Positions 12,788 through 25,976 of a stretch of 64,000 bases of DNA are shown piece by piece. The DNA is taken from NCBI RefSeq assembly GCF_006345805.1, contig NC_043007.1, forward strand, positions 20,646,001-20,710,000, read 5' to 3'. How positions within the stretch are numbered: the first letter of the stretch is position 1; each line of letters starts with the position of its first letter. Made by a program: the position numbers and the translations under genes. The notes under the pieces are model-generated. The model did not search any database. It was not told the DNA's origin and saw only the letters and a list, made by a program, of their open reading frames with translations. This stretch comes from Octopus sinensis (lineage: Eukaryota).

Positions 12788-12804
12788 ATATATATATATA
12801 TAAA

Positions 12805-12842
<38 letters not shown>

Positions 12843-12859
12843 TATATATATGTGTATTA

Positions 12860-13030
12860 TGTATAGGGAGAGTTTACGAAAAAAACAAAAGACGAAGACA
12901 GGGGGGTACAAAACAAACAGATGTATTAGTATAATGTTCAGGAATAGAAAAAGTCTTTTATGTTTCAAGCCTACGCTCTTCGACAGAAAGGGACACAGAA
13001 AAAACAAGGAGAGAAAAAAAATGTGTGTAT
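12860..13030 (-). mobile_element. Penelope-derived non-autonomous element (family 1)
   Basis: Homologous to 30175-30355 and 45685-45855; carries a hammerhead; sits next to a (TA)n tract. Confidence 0.6.
12955..12990 (-). ncRNA. Decayed hammerhead motif, same family as 30271
   Basis: CTTT-CTGTCGA-A-GAGC-GTAG-GCTT-GAAA-CAT-A-AAAG; differs from the 30271 copy only by CpG-type changes. Confidence 0.6.
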
Positions 13031-13800
13031 ATATGGCTTGGATGGTTTGACTGAGGACTGGCAAGCCTGAAGGCTGCACCCAGGCTCCAATCTGAAATGG
13101 CAAGGTTTCTACAGCTGGATGCCCTTCCTAACACCAACCACTCTGACAGTGTAGTGGATGCTTTTTACATACCACCGGCATGAGGGCCAGTCAGGCAGTA
13201 CTGGTATCGACCATGCTCGAATGGTGCTTTTTATGTGCCACCGGCATGGGTGCCAATCAGGCAGTTCTGGTATTGGCCACAACAATGACTTCACTTGACT
13301 CAACAGGTCTTTGCAAGCACAGTTAATTGCCCAGCGATTGAAGGGTACTCTTAAATGGGCTGGTTATGCTGCACTAGCATAGGCCATGGTTATGGTCTCA
13401 CTTGGCTTGCCAGGTCTTCTCAAACACAGCACATCTCCAAAGGTCTTGGTCACTTGTCATTGCCTCTGTGAGGCCCAACATTTGAAGGTTGTGCTTCATC
13501 ACCTCATCCCAGGTCTACCTGAGTCTACCACAGGTTCTACCTCTTCCACAGGTTCCCTCTACTGCTAGGGTGTGACACTTTTTCTCACAGCTGTCCTCAT
13601 CTATACATAACAAATGACCATACCAGCATAGTTGTCTCTCTTGCACACCACATCTGATGCTTCTCATGTTCAACTTTTCCAGTTGTGTATGCACACTGAC
13701 ATTACACATCCAGCAGAGCATACTAGCTTCATTTCTTGCAAGTTTACGCAAGTCCTCAGCAGTCACAGCCCATGTTTCTCTGCAATATAGCAATATAGCA
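13030..13800 (-). mobile_element. RTE LINE 3' end: ORF C-terminus plus 3'UTR
   Basis: ETWAVTAEDLRKLARNEASML..RQLCWYGHLL..EGTCGRGR runs into the 3'UTR carrying GGTGGCACATAAAAAGCACC units and TTAGGAAGGGCATCCAGCTGTAGAAAC. Confidence 0.85.
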
Positions 13801-14387
13801 TGGCTGTTCGCACACATGCATATATATATATATAAACATACATGCATACATACATACATATATACATTTATATATATATATATAATATATATATCATCAT
13901 CATCATTCATATCATTTAGCGTCCGTTTTTCATGCTAGCATGGGTTGGACGTTCTACTGGGGTCTGTGAAGCCAGAAGGCTTCATCAGGCCCAGTCAAAT
14001 CTGGCAGTGTTTCTACGGCTGGATGCCCTTCTAACGCACCACTCTCGTGAGTGTAGTGGGTGCTTTTTACGTGCCACCCGCACTGGTGCCAGACAGAGCT
14101 GGCAAACGGCCACGAACGGATGGTGCTTTTTATGTGCCACCGGCACGAGGCCCGGCGAAGCTGGCAACGGACACGAAACGGGCTGTGCTGGCAACGGTCG
14201 CGAAACGGAAAGTTCTCTTACATGCCACCGGCACTGGTAACACATCTGCAATTTCCATTGATCGATTTCCATTGATCGATTTCGATTCTGATCCTCACTT
14301 GCCTCAATGGGTCTTCACAAGCAGAGTTTCGACATGCCACCGGCACTGGTAGCACATCCGCATTTCCATTGATCGATTTCGATTCTG

Positions 14388-14419
<32 letters not shown>

Positions 14420-14467
14420 TATTTAAATATATAGTCATACACACACAGACATATATATATATATATA

Positions 14468-14522
<55 letters not shown>

Positions 14523-14784
14523 TGCATGTAGGCACATGCAAATGTATATATAATTCATTTTGTTTGTGACTGTGAGTGTATATCCATGGGTAAATGGTAA
14601 ATGAATAGATAGATTCAATGATATAGGAGTAGCTGTGTGGTAAGTAGCTTGCTTACAAACCACATGGTTCCCGGTTCAGTCCCACTGCATGGCACCTTGG
14701 GCAAGTGTCTTCTACTATAGCCTTGGGCTGACCAAAATCTTGTGAGTGGATTTGGTAGATGGAAACTGAAAGAAGCCTGTTGTA

Positions 14785-14827
<43 letters not shown>

Positions 14828-15172
14828 GTATGTGCGTGTGTATACATTTATGTGTCTGTGTTTGTCCCTCCCAACATCACTTGACAACCGATGCTAGTGT
14901 GTTTATGTCCCCGTAACTTAGCAGCTCGGCAAAAGAGACTAATAAAATAAGTGCTAGGCTTACAAAGAATAAGTCCTTGGATCGATTGCTCGACTAAAGG
15001 CAGTGCTCCAGCATGGCTGCAGTCAAATTACTGAAACAAGTAAAAATAAAAGAATATATATATATATATATATATATAGATATATATATATATATATATT
15101 ATATATAATATATATATGCATATATATGTATACATATATATATATTATATTATATATATATATATATATATA

Positions 15173-15216
<44 letters not shown>

Positions 15217-15294
15217 ATATATATACATATATATATATGCATATTATATATATGCATATATATATATATTTTATGCATATATATATGTATACAT

Positions 15295-15360
<66 letters not shown>

Positions 15361-16093
15361 TATATACATATATATATTATATATATGCATATATATATGT
15401 ATACATATATATATATATATATTATATATATGCATGTATATATATGTATACATATATACAGTATCCTATATATAGTAATTCAGGTATGTATACAGTCTAT
15501 ACAGTGTATATAACCTGAAGAATCAATGAACTGAGTACTCGTGTCTGATTCTTCAAAGTATATCTCTCCACCCACACAGCAAGCTGAAAGCTCTAAAACC
15601 TAATTATATGAAGCCGCATAATTTTCTTTACACACCGATGCCATTTACACTTACAATGAATTAGATTAGCGTGATAAAGAAATAGGAATACTTCAGTTAT
15701 AATCCTCGCTTTGCTGTCTTGATATATGTCACTGCTACATTGAGCATTACTTATACATGTTAAGGTAGACTGGTTTGTTGTTATTGCTTTGTCTTACATC
15801 AACTATAGCCAAGAAGATCCTTCATCTAAAGCATTCCTGCCTTGACCATCCCATTAATATTCTGCAGATATAATGTATCTTAGTCTAGAGTACCCTATGT
15901 GTTCTTTTTATTAAGAAAATGTGTTGTTTTATTTGAGGGAGTTTTTGGCTGTTATTTGTAGCAGGTCAAGCAATCATATAGAAGGTCCCTCACTTGTTCT
16001 TCTGCTTTATAGTAAAAGAGGGATTGCTTGCTATCACTGATATTTCTAGCTTCATCAGTAAGGTTACTTTGAGTATGCCTGCTTATATGCATC

Positions 16094-16156
<63 letters not shown>

Positions 16157-16165
16157 CTATCTATC

Positions 16166-16208
<43 letters not shown>

Positions 16209-16315
16209 ATGTGTGTATATATATATATGTGTGTGTGTGTATATATAATATATATATCTATATATATATAATATATATATATATATATACATACACATAT
16301 ACATATACATATATC

Positions 16316-16354
<39 letters not shown>

Positions 16355-19028
16355 ATATTATATATAATCATACATACATATACATATATCATATATATAC
16401 ATACATATACATATATCTATATATATATATATCCACACACCTACATACATTTATATTGCATACATATACATATACTCACACACATGTGCATACATACACA
16501 CATACACAAGCATACATACACACACACACATGCATAATATATGCATAATATGTAATGTATGCATACAAATATAGCTATATATTATATATATCTTATTTAT
16601 ATATTATTTATTATATCCAAAGCCACCATTATCATCCGTTCTTTTTCCCTTCGTTGCGTGGGTTGGATGGGTTGCATGGTCTACTATTCAACATCCATCT
16701 CTGCATCTCCGTTCCTGTGTAAACTCATTCATGAGAACCAACGCACTTAGATTTGACCTCTCTGATTTTTTGGCAACGTTCTCCTCGATTTTACCTTTGT
16801 CATAGGTACATTCCACGACTAACTCATGGCACCTTTTTAACCCGGCATAAATTGCCTCGATTATTCCATGTGATGGAAACGGATGACAGGAATGAGTAGA
16901 TTTTTTTTTTCTCTCTCTGAGTGGGTTGCAGCTAACAACCAACGTAGACGTAGAAAACACTAGATCTGTAATGAAGTGGCCACAGCGGATGTAAGAATTA
17001 TAAGGACATGAACAAATTTAGGAAGAGAAAACACCGCAGATCAGTCAAACACGCATGCCAACACTGAAAGAAAAGATAACGAGATTATACAAAACTGGGG
17101 TGATTATAACAATAATGATATTGCTTGTGTACTTGTGTACTTGTGTACTTGTGTATGTGTGTGTTTCAGTCTGTGTGGCTGAAGTATCATTCCGTGTGTT
17201 GAATTTACATCTGTATATTGTGTGTGTCTTTAGTCACAAAATAAGAATAAAATGGTTATATATTGTTGCATGGCTAATGTAGGCTATCAACCTGTAGAAA
17301 GGCATTCTGAAGAACTCATTGTATTTTGAAGGAGACTGCTACATGTTTCTATTAACATGCAACCTTTACTGAACATAATACTGAATGTTGAATTTATTTG
17401 ATATTATTATATCAAATGTCCATTTGTGGTTGTTACAAATCTTAACACTATTTTGCAACTAGTACTACTGTGTTACTAAAAAAACTGACTGTCACATTAT
17501 ATTGCTAAATTATCCAATCAGTGTAAAACAGAACTACATTTTGACTCACTGTTACTGACTGCTACTGCATAAGCAATACCAGATAATTTTAAAGGTAGCT
17601 CAGTAGTAATGGGAGGGGAACACAGCTTCTATTTATTACTACTGTAACAACCTCCATCCAAGTCGTTACTGATGCAGCTACTGCAGCTGCCTTTATTGCT
17701 GCTACTAGGATTAGCAATGCTAGAGAGCTGCTGTAGATTCAAATGAATAAACATGCAAACACATATTCCGAATAGTGGAAGAATCACTGAGTTGCACTTC
17801 CTATCAATGAAGCAATGTATTTTCGCTAAAAATTTGAGTTCTTGTTTGAGTGATAAAAATTTACAATGGCTACATACGATATATCATTGATAAAATGCAG
17901 GTGAAATTTGAAATTAATGAGATAGCTTTTATTTGTAACAAATACTTTCTCGTTCAACCTTTGAAGTGGGGATTAGGGTAAGATATCTTATATTTCAATA
18001 TTATACATATATATATACATATATAAAAAAAAGAGTTCCTCAAGTTAGATTAAGTAGTTGTTTGTTTTATTGCTTTGGTATCGTTGAGGCATTTCATCTT
18101 TTCTTCAACGACAGAAATCTTTGTTAATGACATCACTACAAATGTTGTCTTGATACATATCAGCCGAACATCAAATAAGAATTTGTCCTTGGAAAATGCT
18201 AAACACACAATTAAGATGATTTTATTCTCTAATATCTGCTTGTATTCCGCTGCTGTAATTTCCTTCCTTCTTCTCTATCTTGCCTGTCTTTCAATCCATT
18301 TTGCTCAAAAGCTTATATAAATATTAAAAAAAAAAAAAAAAAGTATTTATGAAGAGTTTTATTTTTCTAATGATAATGATATTTTTCTCAACAGGAAAAG
18401 ATCAATGCTAACTTCCAAAATATCTTGACAGAAATACAGATAATGTTTACATATACAGATTTCCTACCAAATTCTCAGTACGTCTTTCTCTTTTTTTTCA
18501 CCCATTAATGTCCCCCCCTGCTGCTCTTCCATCCTCATCCTTTGTTTCATTTCCCAAACTCTCCACCCTCCATCTTTATATAACCACCTGATACAGACAA
18601 AATTAATGTATATGCAAAACATTGTGAATTTATCATATTTTAAGCATAATCATGTATCAATTTCTTCGTTCCTTAAGTTGTTACTATCAGTTCTAGCTTT
18701 AAAAAAAACGAAACAAGCAAAAAAAACAACCAAAAAAACTCTCATCTTTTAGTGCTTCTCTTGGGAAACAATTATCTTACATGGAGATTACAAAATCTTT
18801 GCGAAACTTCGACTGAAGTTCCACAAAAGTAAATGCAGGAAGGGATAGATATATTTACAAATAGGCATAGGAGTGGCTGTGTGGTATGTAGCTTGCTTAC
18901 GAACCACATGTTTCCGGGTTCAGTCCCGCTGCGTGGCACCTTGGGCAAGTATCTTCTATTATAGCCTTGGGCCGACCAAAGCCTTGTGAATGGATTTGGT
19001 AGACAGAAACTGAAAGAAGCCCGTTGTA

Positions 19029-19074
<46 letters not shown>

Positions 19075-19233
19075 AAATTAGAGACAAAACCACTATTATG
19101 CAACTCAAACAGTGATAGACATAAACCAAACCATAAATAACAAATAATATATATTTTTATAAAACATATAACTTATTACTAGATCTCAAAAAGTATAAAA
19201 ATGAATGATCATATATAATGAGTAATATATAAT

Positions 19234-19264
<31 letters not shown>

Positions 19265-19606
19265 ATATATATATATATATATGTGTGTGTGTATATATGT
19301 TTGTATGTCTGTGTTTGTCTCCCCAACATTGCTTGACACCTGATGCTGGTGTGTTTACGTGCCCGTAACTTAGCGGTTCGGCAAAAGAGGCCGATAGAAT
19401 AAGTACTTGGCTTACAAAGAATAAGTCCTGGGCTCGATTTGCTCGACTAAAAGGCGGTGCTCCAGCATGGCCACGGTCAAATGACTAAAAGCGTAAAATA
19501 TCAGTCAGAACCTGTCTTTAAATTATAACGAAGGATAATCCATATCAGTGATATCCAAAGAAAGATGTTATAACACAAGTGAATGAGTAATATTAATGGA
19601 TTTTAA

Positions 19607-19706
19607 NNNNNNNNNNNNNNNNNNNNNNNNNNNNNNNNNNNNNNNNNNNNNNNNNNNNNNNNNNNNNNNNNNNNNNNNNNNNNNNNNNNNNNNNNNNNNN
19701 NNNNNN
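19607..19706. other. Assembly gap (100 N)
   Basis: A run of exactly 100 N, typical of a scaffold gap of unknown size. Confidence 0.99.
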
Positions 19707-19999
19707 TTTCTTTAGACTTGATTGGCAGTTCCCCTTAGAATTGGCAGTTCCCCTGATGTTTCAATAAAAACACTGATGGTGGCAACACCTCAACACTACA
19801 TTTCCCTTTATGAGGGTAATGCCATATTAAAATTATCGCAACTGTTTTTATGAAACCAGATTGCTGAGTAAAGGTTTCTTTCACAGCAAATGTTCCAAAT
19901 AAGGCTGGTCGTTAGCCAAATGCTGCTGCAAAAATTAGGAAAAGATCGGCTCAAAACAACAATAGGACTGTGACATAGAATGCTATTACAGAAGCGAGC

Positions 20000-20095
20000 C
20001 AATCAAAATTGATACAGAAAAAGGATGTATGAGATATGGAGAGAGAAAGACTAAGATGACAATGATACCTGTGGTAACTGGTGCTCTTGGCCAAC
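20000..20095 (+). pseudogene. Possible R4/Dong endonuclease-region remnant
   Basis: Translates as ..KMTMIPVVTGALG, similar to the conserved V(I/V)P(V/I)VIGALG motif. Confidence 0.35.
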
Positions 20096-20514
20096 ACCAA
20101 CAGCACCCCGACTTCCTATGCAACCGCTGAACCTGGATGCGCATTCATCCATCCGTCGATGCTCTCGGTGTCGGGGGTTGACCTGCTTTCTCTTCAGTGG
20201 GTCTTACAAATAGCTAAGGACCGTGTTTCGGACTCTCTCATTTTGCGAGCTCTGGGATGAAGACCATTCACTCAACAGCAACAGCAACACCAACACCAAC
20301 AGCAGACTAAGAAGCTGAAGGATACTGGAATTGAGATTGAACCCTAAGAAAAGAACCCTAAGAAAAGAACCCTAAGAAAAGTTCTTGAAATTTGAAAAGA
20401 ATTGCTGTTACCAAACTTCAAAACAACATCCTTACTCACTAGTCTTTTCATTTTTACTACAGATACAGTAGCAGAAGTGTTAAAATTGATCTTTTGGGTG
20501 GTGTAAAGCACTCT

Positions 20515-21055
20515 TGGCAGTGCCGCGTAAAAGCAACTGTGTGACGCCATGTAAAAGTGTCTGTGCAGCGCCATGTAAAAGCGCCCATGTGGTGTTAAGT
20601 ATGCGTGTAGTGTCACATAAAAGCACCCATGTGGTGTCACATAAACGTGCCTGTGTGGCACCATGAAAAGCATGCATGTGGTGCATGTAAAAGCACCTGT
20701 GCATGCCATGTAAAAGAGCATGTGTTGTGTCACACAAATACATCCATGTGGTGTCATGTAAAAGCACCCAGGTGGTTCCACATAATAGTGCCCATGTGGC
20801 GCCATGTAAAAGTACCTGTGCAGTATCATGTAAAAGAGCCTGTCTTGTGTCACATAAAAGCATCCATGTGGTGTCATGTAAAAGCACCCACGTGGTGCCA
20901 CATGATAGTTCCCATGTGGTGCAATGCAAAAGAGCCTCTGCTGTGTCTCATAAAAGCATCCATGTGGTGTCATGTAAAAGCAGCCATGTGGTGCCACATA
21001 AAAGCATTCATGTGGTGCCATGTAAAAGCGCCCATGCAATTCCACATAAAGGCAC
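20515..21055. repeat. 24-bp minisatellite (~22 units)
   Basis: Consensus CCATGTAAAAGCACCCATGTGGTG; gives the 8-aa periodic ORFs; runs directly into an RTE 3'UTR. Confidence 0.85.
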
Positions 21056-21258
21056 ATGACACACTCTGTAAAATGGTTGGCATTAGGAAGGGCATTCAGC
21101 CATAGAAACCATGCCAAATCAGACTGGGGTCTGGTGCAGCTCCCTAGCTCCCCAGCTTTGGTCAAACCATCCAACCCATGCCAACATGGACATCAGACAT
21201 TAAATAATGATTCTGATTCTGATGATGAGGATGATGATGGTGGTGGTGGTGGTGATGG

Positions 21259-21313
<55 letters not shown>

Positions 21314-21725
21314 AATGATGGTGGTGGTGGTGGTGGTGGCAATGACACAAGGTCCAAAATTTTGTGGGCGGGAACTAATCAATTCCACCAACCTCAGAGT
21401 TCAACTAGTACTTATTCCATTGACTCTGAAAAGATGGAAGGTAAAAGTCAACCTTGGCAAAAGCAGGAAGAAATGTCACTTAGCATTTTTGTCTGATGTG
21501 CTAACAATTCTGCTAGCTCAATGCTTCCTGCTAAACTAACATAGCTTGTAATAGTTATGTAATCATAATAATAATAATAATAATAATGATAATAATAATA
21601 ATAAAAATGATAATAATAATAATATAATAATAATAATAATAATCTTTTTTTGTTGACCGCAAGAGATCATGCATATAATACAAACATGTCAAACATATCA
21701 AAGAAAAGGATTTCAAAATACATGG

Positions 21726-21756
<31 letters not shown>

Positions 21757-24436
21757 AATACACACACACATCTATACATGTATGTGTGTGTGAGTGTGTG
21801 TGTTTGTGTGTGTTCTGAATAGGATGCATTTTATGATGTCACAACAAGGATCTCTCTCTCTGTTGGTTTTGTGTGTCCTGATTTTTCATGCTGTGTGTCT
21901 CAGCCAACAGCACCAATGTGGTTGAGTAACCCTCGTCCTCCATCAAGAGGAAAGCTCCAAAATATTGGGTCTCGTAATACAGCAATGGCCAGCCAAGCTG
22001 ACCCTGCAATGAGCAACACTAATAGAAATGTATATAATGTGTCCATAAATCTTCTCTTTGGTTTTTGAGGGGTTCTGAAGCAAAAACTAATTGCAATGTA
22101 TTAAAACAGGTTAAAGCAGTGAACTGGCAGAACTGTTAGCATACTGGCAAAATGCTTAGAAGTATTTCATCTGCCATTATGATCTGAGTTCAAATTCCAC
22201 CGAGGTTGACTTTGCCTTTCATTTTTTCAGGGTTGGTAAATTAAGTACCAGTTGTGTACTGGGGTCGATTTAATCGACTGGCCCCTCCCCCAAAATTTCG
22301 GGCCTTGTGCCTAGAATAGAAAAGAATTGTTAATATGCCAGCAAAATGCGTAGATGTATTTCCTCTGCATTACGATCTGAGTTCAAATTCCACCGAGGTT
22401 GACTTTGCCTTTCATCCTTTTGGGGTTGATAAATCAAGTACCAGTTGTGTACTGGGGTCGATCTAATCGACTGGCCCCCTCCCCCGAAATTTTGGGCCTT
22501 GTGCCTAGAGTATAAAAAAATTGTTAACATCTTGGCAGAATACTTAGAAGTATTTCATCTGTCTTTACGATCTGAGTTCAAATTCTGCTGAGGTTCAATG
22601 TGTCTTTTATCTTTTTGGAGTTGATAAAATTACAAGCTGAGCAGTGGGGTTGATATATTTGACTTACCTTCCCTCTTGAAATTGCTGGCCTTGTGCTAAA
22701 ATTAGAAACAAATATGTCAAAACAGGTTAAAAATATGATACATTAAATAAGCTAAGGCATGGTTAGAGCAGCGGACTTGCAGTCGAGGGATCGCGGGTTC
22801 GAATCTCAGACTGGGTGATGTGTGTGTTTATGAGTGAAACACCTAAGTTCCATGCAGCTCTGGCAGAAGGTAATGGTGAACTTCTGCTGACTCATTCGCC
22901 ACAACTTTCCTCCTGCGATGGACCGGCGTTCTGTCCAGGTGGGGAGCCTATACGCCAAGGAAACCGGGAGACCGGCGCTTATGAGCCAGGCATGGCTTGA
23001 GAAGGGACAAACGAATAAGCTAAGGCAGCCCAACCACATAGATGTGAGAAGCCGTATAGATAGGATCTAGACATTCCACAACTCTGATCACCTTCTGCAA
23101 ATTAGGTTCTTTGACACTACTTGGGAGAATCTTTGATCGTAGCCAAACCAAAAAGCCTTTCATGTCCTCCAGATGGTGCTCCTTTTGCTGTTAATATAAC
23201 ATTGGAAGGCAGCAAGCTGGCAGAAACGTTAGTACACCAGTATTTAACTGGTATTTATTTTACTATCATCCAGACTTAATCTGTTGTCTGGTTTAACACT
23301 GCCAACTGGGCCCCTGAGAATTAACAGCAGAGTCCACTTTGTTGCAAGTATTCTGGTTTATAGACCCCTTCCTGTTTCTTTTCTTTCCAACTTCAGTGGC
23401 CCTGTAATAAAATGGTAAAGGGCGTAGCTTTCCCTACTGACTAAAAAATAAAAAAAAAATACAAAATGGAAGGGTGAATGGTAAAAGTTGACCTCACTGA
23501 GATTTGAACCCAAAATATAAAGGAATATGACTAAATATTTTATCAGTTGATCCCGAAAGGATTAAAAGCAAAAGTCCATCCGATGAGATTTGGATTCAGG
23601 ACATGCTTACATCAAACTAAGTAAAATCAGAGTTGTGGCCAGTGCTGGTGACACATAAAAGGCACATGTGCCACTGACGCATAAACTGTGCCCGGTACAC
23701 TCTGTGAAGTGGTTGGCATGTTAGGAAAGGCATCCAGCCATAGAAACCAAGCCAAGACAGACTGAAGCCCGGTGCAGCTCTCTGGCCAACCAGTTCTAAT
23801 CAAACCATCAAACCTATGCCAACATGGAAAACAGACACTAAACGATGATGATGATGATGATGATGGTGGCGGTGGTGGTGGTGGTGATGATGATGATGAT
23901 GATGATGATGATATGCAAGCAAAAAAAAACCAAATAATTACTGCACAGCAGTATACTGCTGTTTCTGACAACTTCGTTAAATTTATAGGATTTTGTAATG
24001 CAACAGTTATTTTCTTGATATTTTCGTTTTGCTGTTAAAGAGATGCAAATATATTGAGTTCATTACGCAATATAAATACATAGATTATCTCAAGTAACTG
24101 ACATGTTATATCATTATCTTTATTAATATTTATTATATCAATATTTTATATCATTAATATACAGTATCATCAAGGCGGAAAGCTGGTTTAGCGGCATTTC
24201 ATCTATCTTTACATTCTGGGTTCAAATTCTGCCAAGGGCGACTTTGCCTTTCATCCTTTTGGGGTCGATAAAATAAGAATCAGTTGAGTGCTGGGGTCAA
24301 TGTAATTGACTTACCCACTTTCCGCATTCAGTCCCACTGCATGGCACCTTGGGCAAGTGTCTTCTACTATAACCTCAGACCGACCAAAGCCTTGTGAGTA
24401 GATTTGGTAGACAGAAACTGAAAGAAGCCCATCGTA

Positions 24437-24479
<43 letters not shown>

Positions 24480-24764
24480 ATAGAGTAAAGTTTATTGTAG
24501 AGATTGAGTTGGTTGGGACGTCATCATACTCACCTACATAATTACCTACATACATAAATGCATACATACACACATACATACATACATACATACATACATA
24601 CATAAATACATACAAGCATGCATACGTATATACATACATACATTCATGCATCCATACAAGCATGCATATGTACGTACATACATACATACATACATACATA
24701 CATACATACATAATGCATACATACATACATACATACATGGTAGGTATATTAAAAGAGATAAACT

Positions 24765-24914
24765 ATTCCTTGTTAATTATTTACATTATTTACATTATTT
24801 ACATTTGATGGTTATTTGTCCTCATCTTGTTTGTTGTTACCTCCAGCCTTCATCAGGTGTCTTGGGGAAATTTTGAACCTAAGGTATTTCTTGATATTGT
24901 TATTATTATTATTA

Positions 24915-24951
<37 letters not shown>

Positions 24952-25082
24952 GGTCATTGCCTGGAATCGAACTCGGAATCTTGGGGTTAGTAGCCTGTGC
25001 TCTTAAACACTACATCATATGCCCGTAGGCAATTATGGAGTGAATTTTAGGGCTTATAAATCTAATATTTTCCTATCCTTCC

Positions 25083-25130
<48 letters not shown>

Positions 25131-25340
25131 GTAATAATAATAATAAGAGTAACATTGAAAAATACCTTAGGAATGAGAACCCAGGTTCTAAATTTCCCCA
25201 AAACACCTGATGAAGGCTGGAGAGTATATCAGCCAAAATATTGTGTTAACAACAAACAAGATGAGGACAAATATCCATCAAATGTAAATAATGTAAATAA
25301 TGTACATAATTCTTCATCTCTTAATTATAGAACTGTACTC
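24765..25340. mobile_element. Inverted pair of a tRNA-headed, hammerhead-bearing non-autonomous retroelement
   Basis: Minus copy: upstream leader, tRNA-like head 25024-24952 (B box GTTCGATTC), (TAA)n, then a tail with an internally deleted hammerhead. Plus copy: (TAA)n from ~25085, then the same tail to ~25340. Confidence 0.7.
25203..25246 (+). ncRNA. Decayed hammerhead motif, third family (tRNA-headed element)
   Basis: ACAC-CTGATGA-A-GGCTG-(10 nt)-CAGCC-AAAA-TAT-T-GTGT. Canonical CUGAUGA and perfect stems I and II; GAAA has become AAAA. Confidence 0.6.
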
Positions 25341-25597
25341 CTTGTTAACTTAAATATAATACTTTGTGCTGAATCCAAGTTCCCAATCATTAGTCTTTAA
25401 TCTTAATGTTTCTTTTTCACTTGTCTACATCACTCGACATTATTCTACTTGATCAATGGCATCAACTCTCATTAATATCTTGCAGTATTTCTTTTTTTCT
25501 TCCTGCTATTTGTTTCCCTGAATTCTTCCGCTGCAACGCAGAATATTTCTTGGTCAGACACAGTACCTTTCGATTTGTTAACATTTGCTAATGCTGC

Positions 25598-25976
25598 TTC
25601 TTTGTTTGTTGAGCGAAGCGGTCTTCGTGCCAGAGTGTAGTGGGAGAAGTCTGAAACATGGTCCTTTGCTATTTGTAAGACCCGCAGAAGATAAAGCAGG
25701 TCAACCCGCCGACACCGAGAGCATCAACAGATGGATGAATGCGCATCCAGTCTCAGCGGTTGTGTAAGAAGTCGGGGACAAGAAACAGGAAGAAAGAGTG
25801 AGAGAAAGTTGGAGCGAAAGAGTACAACAGGGGTCGCCACCACTCCCTGCCAGAGCCTCGTGGAGCTTTAGGTGTTTTTGCTCAATAAACACACACAACG
25901 CCAGGTCTGGGAATTGAAACTGCGATCCTCCGACTGCAAGTCCGCTGCCCTAACCACTGGGCCATTGCGCCTCCAC
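25598..25976 (-). mobile_element. tRNA-derived SINE with a related head and an alternative tail, 13-bp TSD
   Basis: Head GTGGAGGCGCAATGGCCCAGTGG; TSD TTGCTAATGCTGC at 25585-25597 and 25977-25989. Other copies at ~33300-33705(-), 55600-56000(-), 20100-20300(+, 3' half), 45255-45460(-, third tail). Confidence 0.8.

Noticed and set aside
20344-21174. 276-aa His/Cys-rich ORF and overlapping ORFs
   Set aside because: Products of the 24-bp minisatellite; open in several frames with no splice or homology support.
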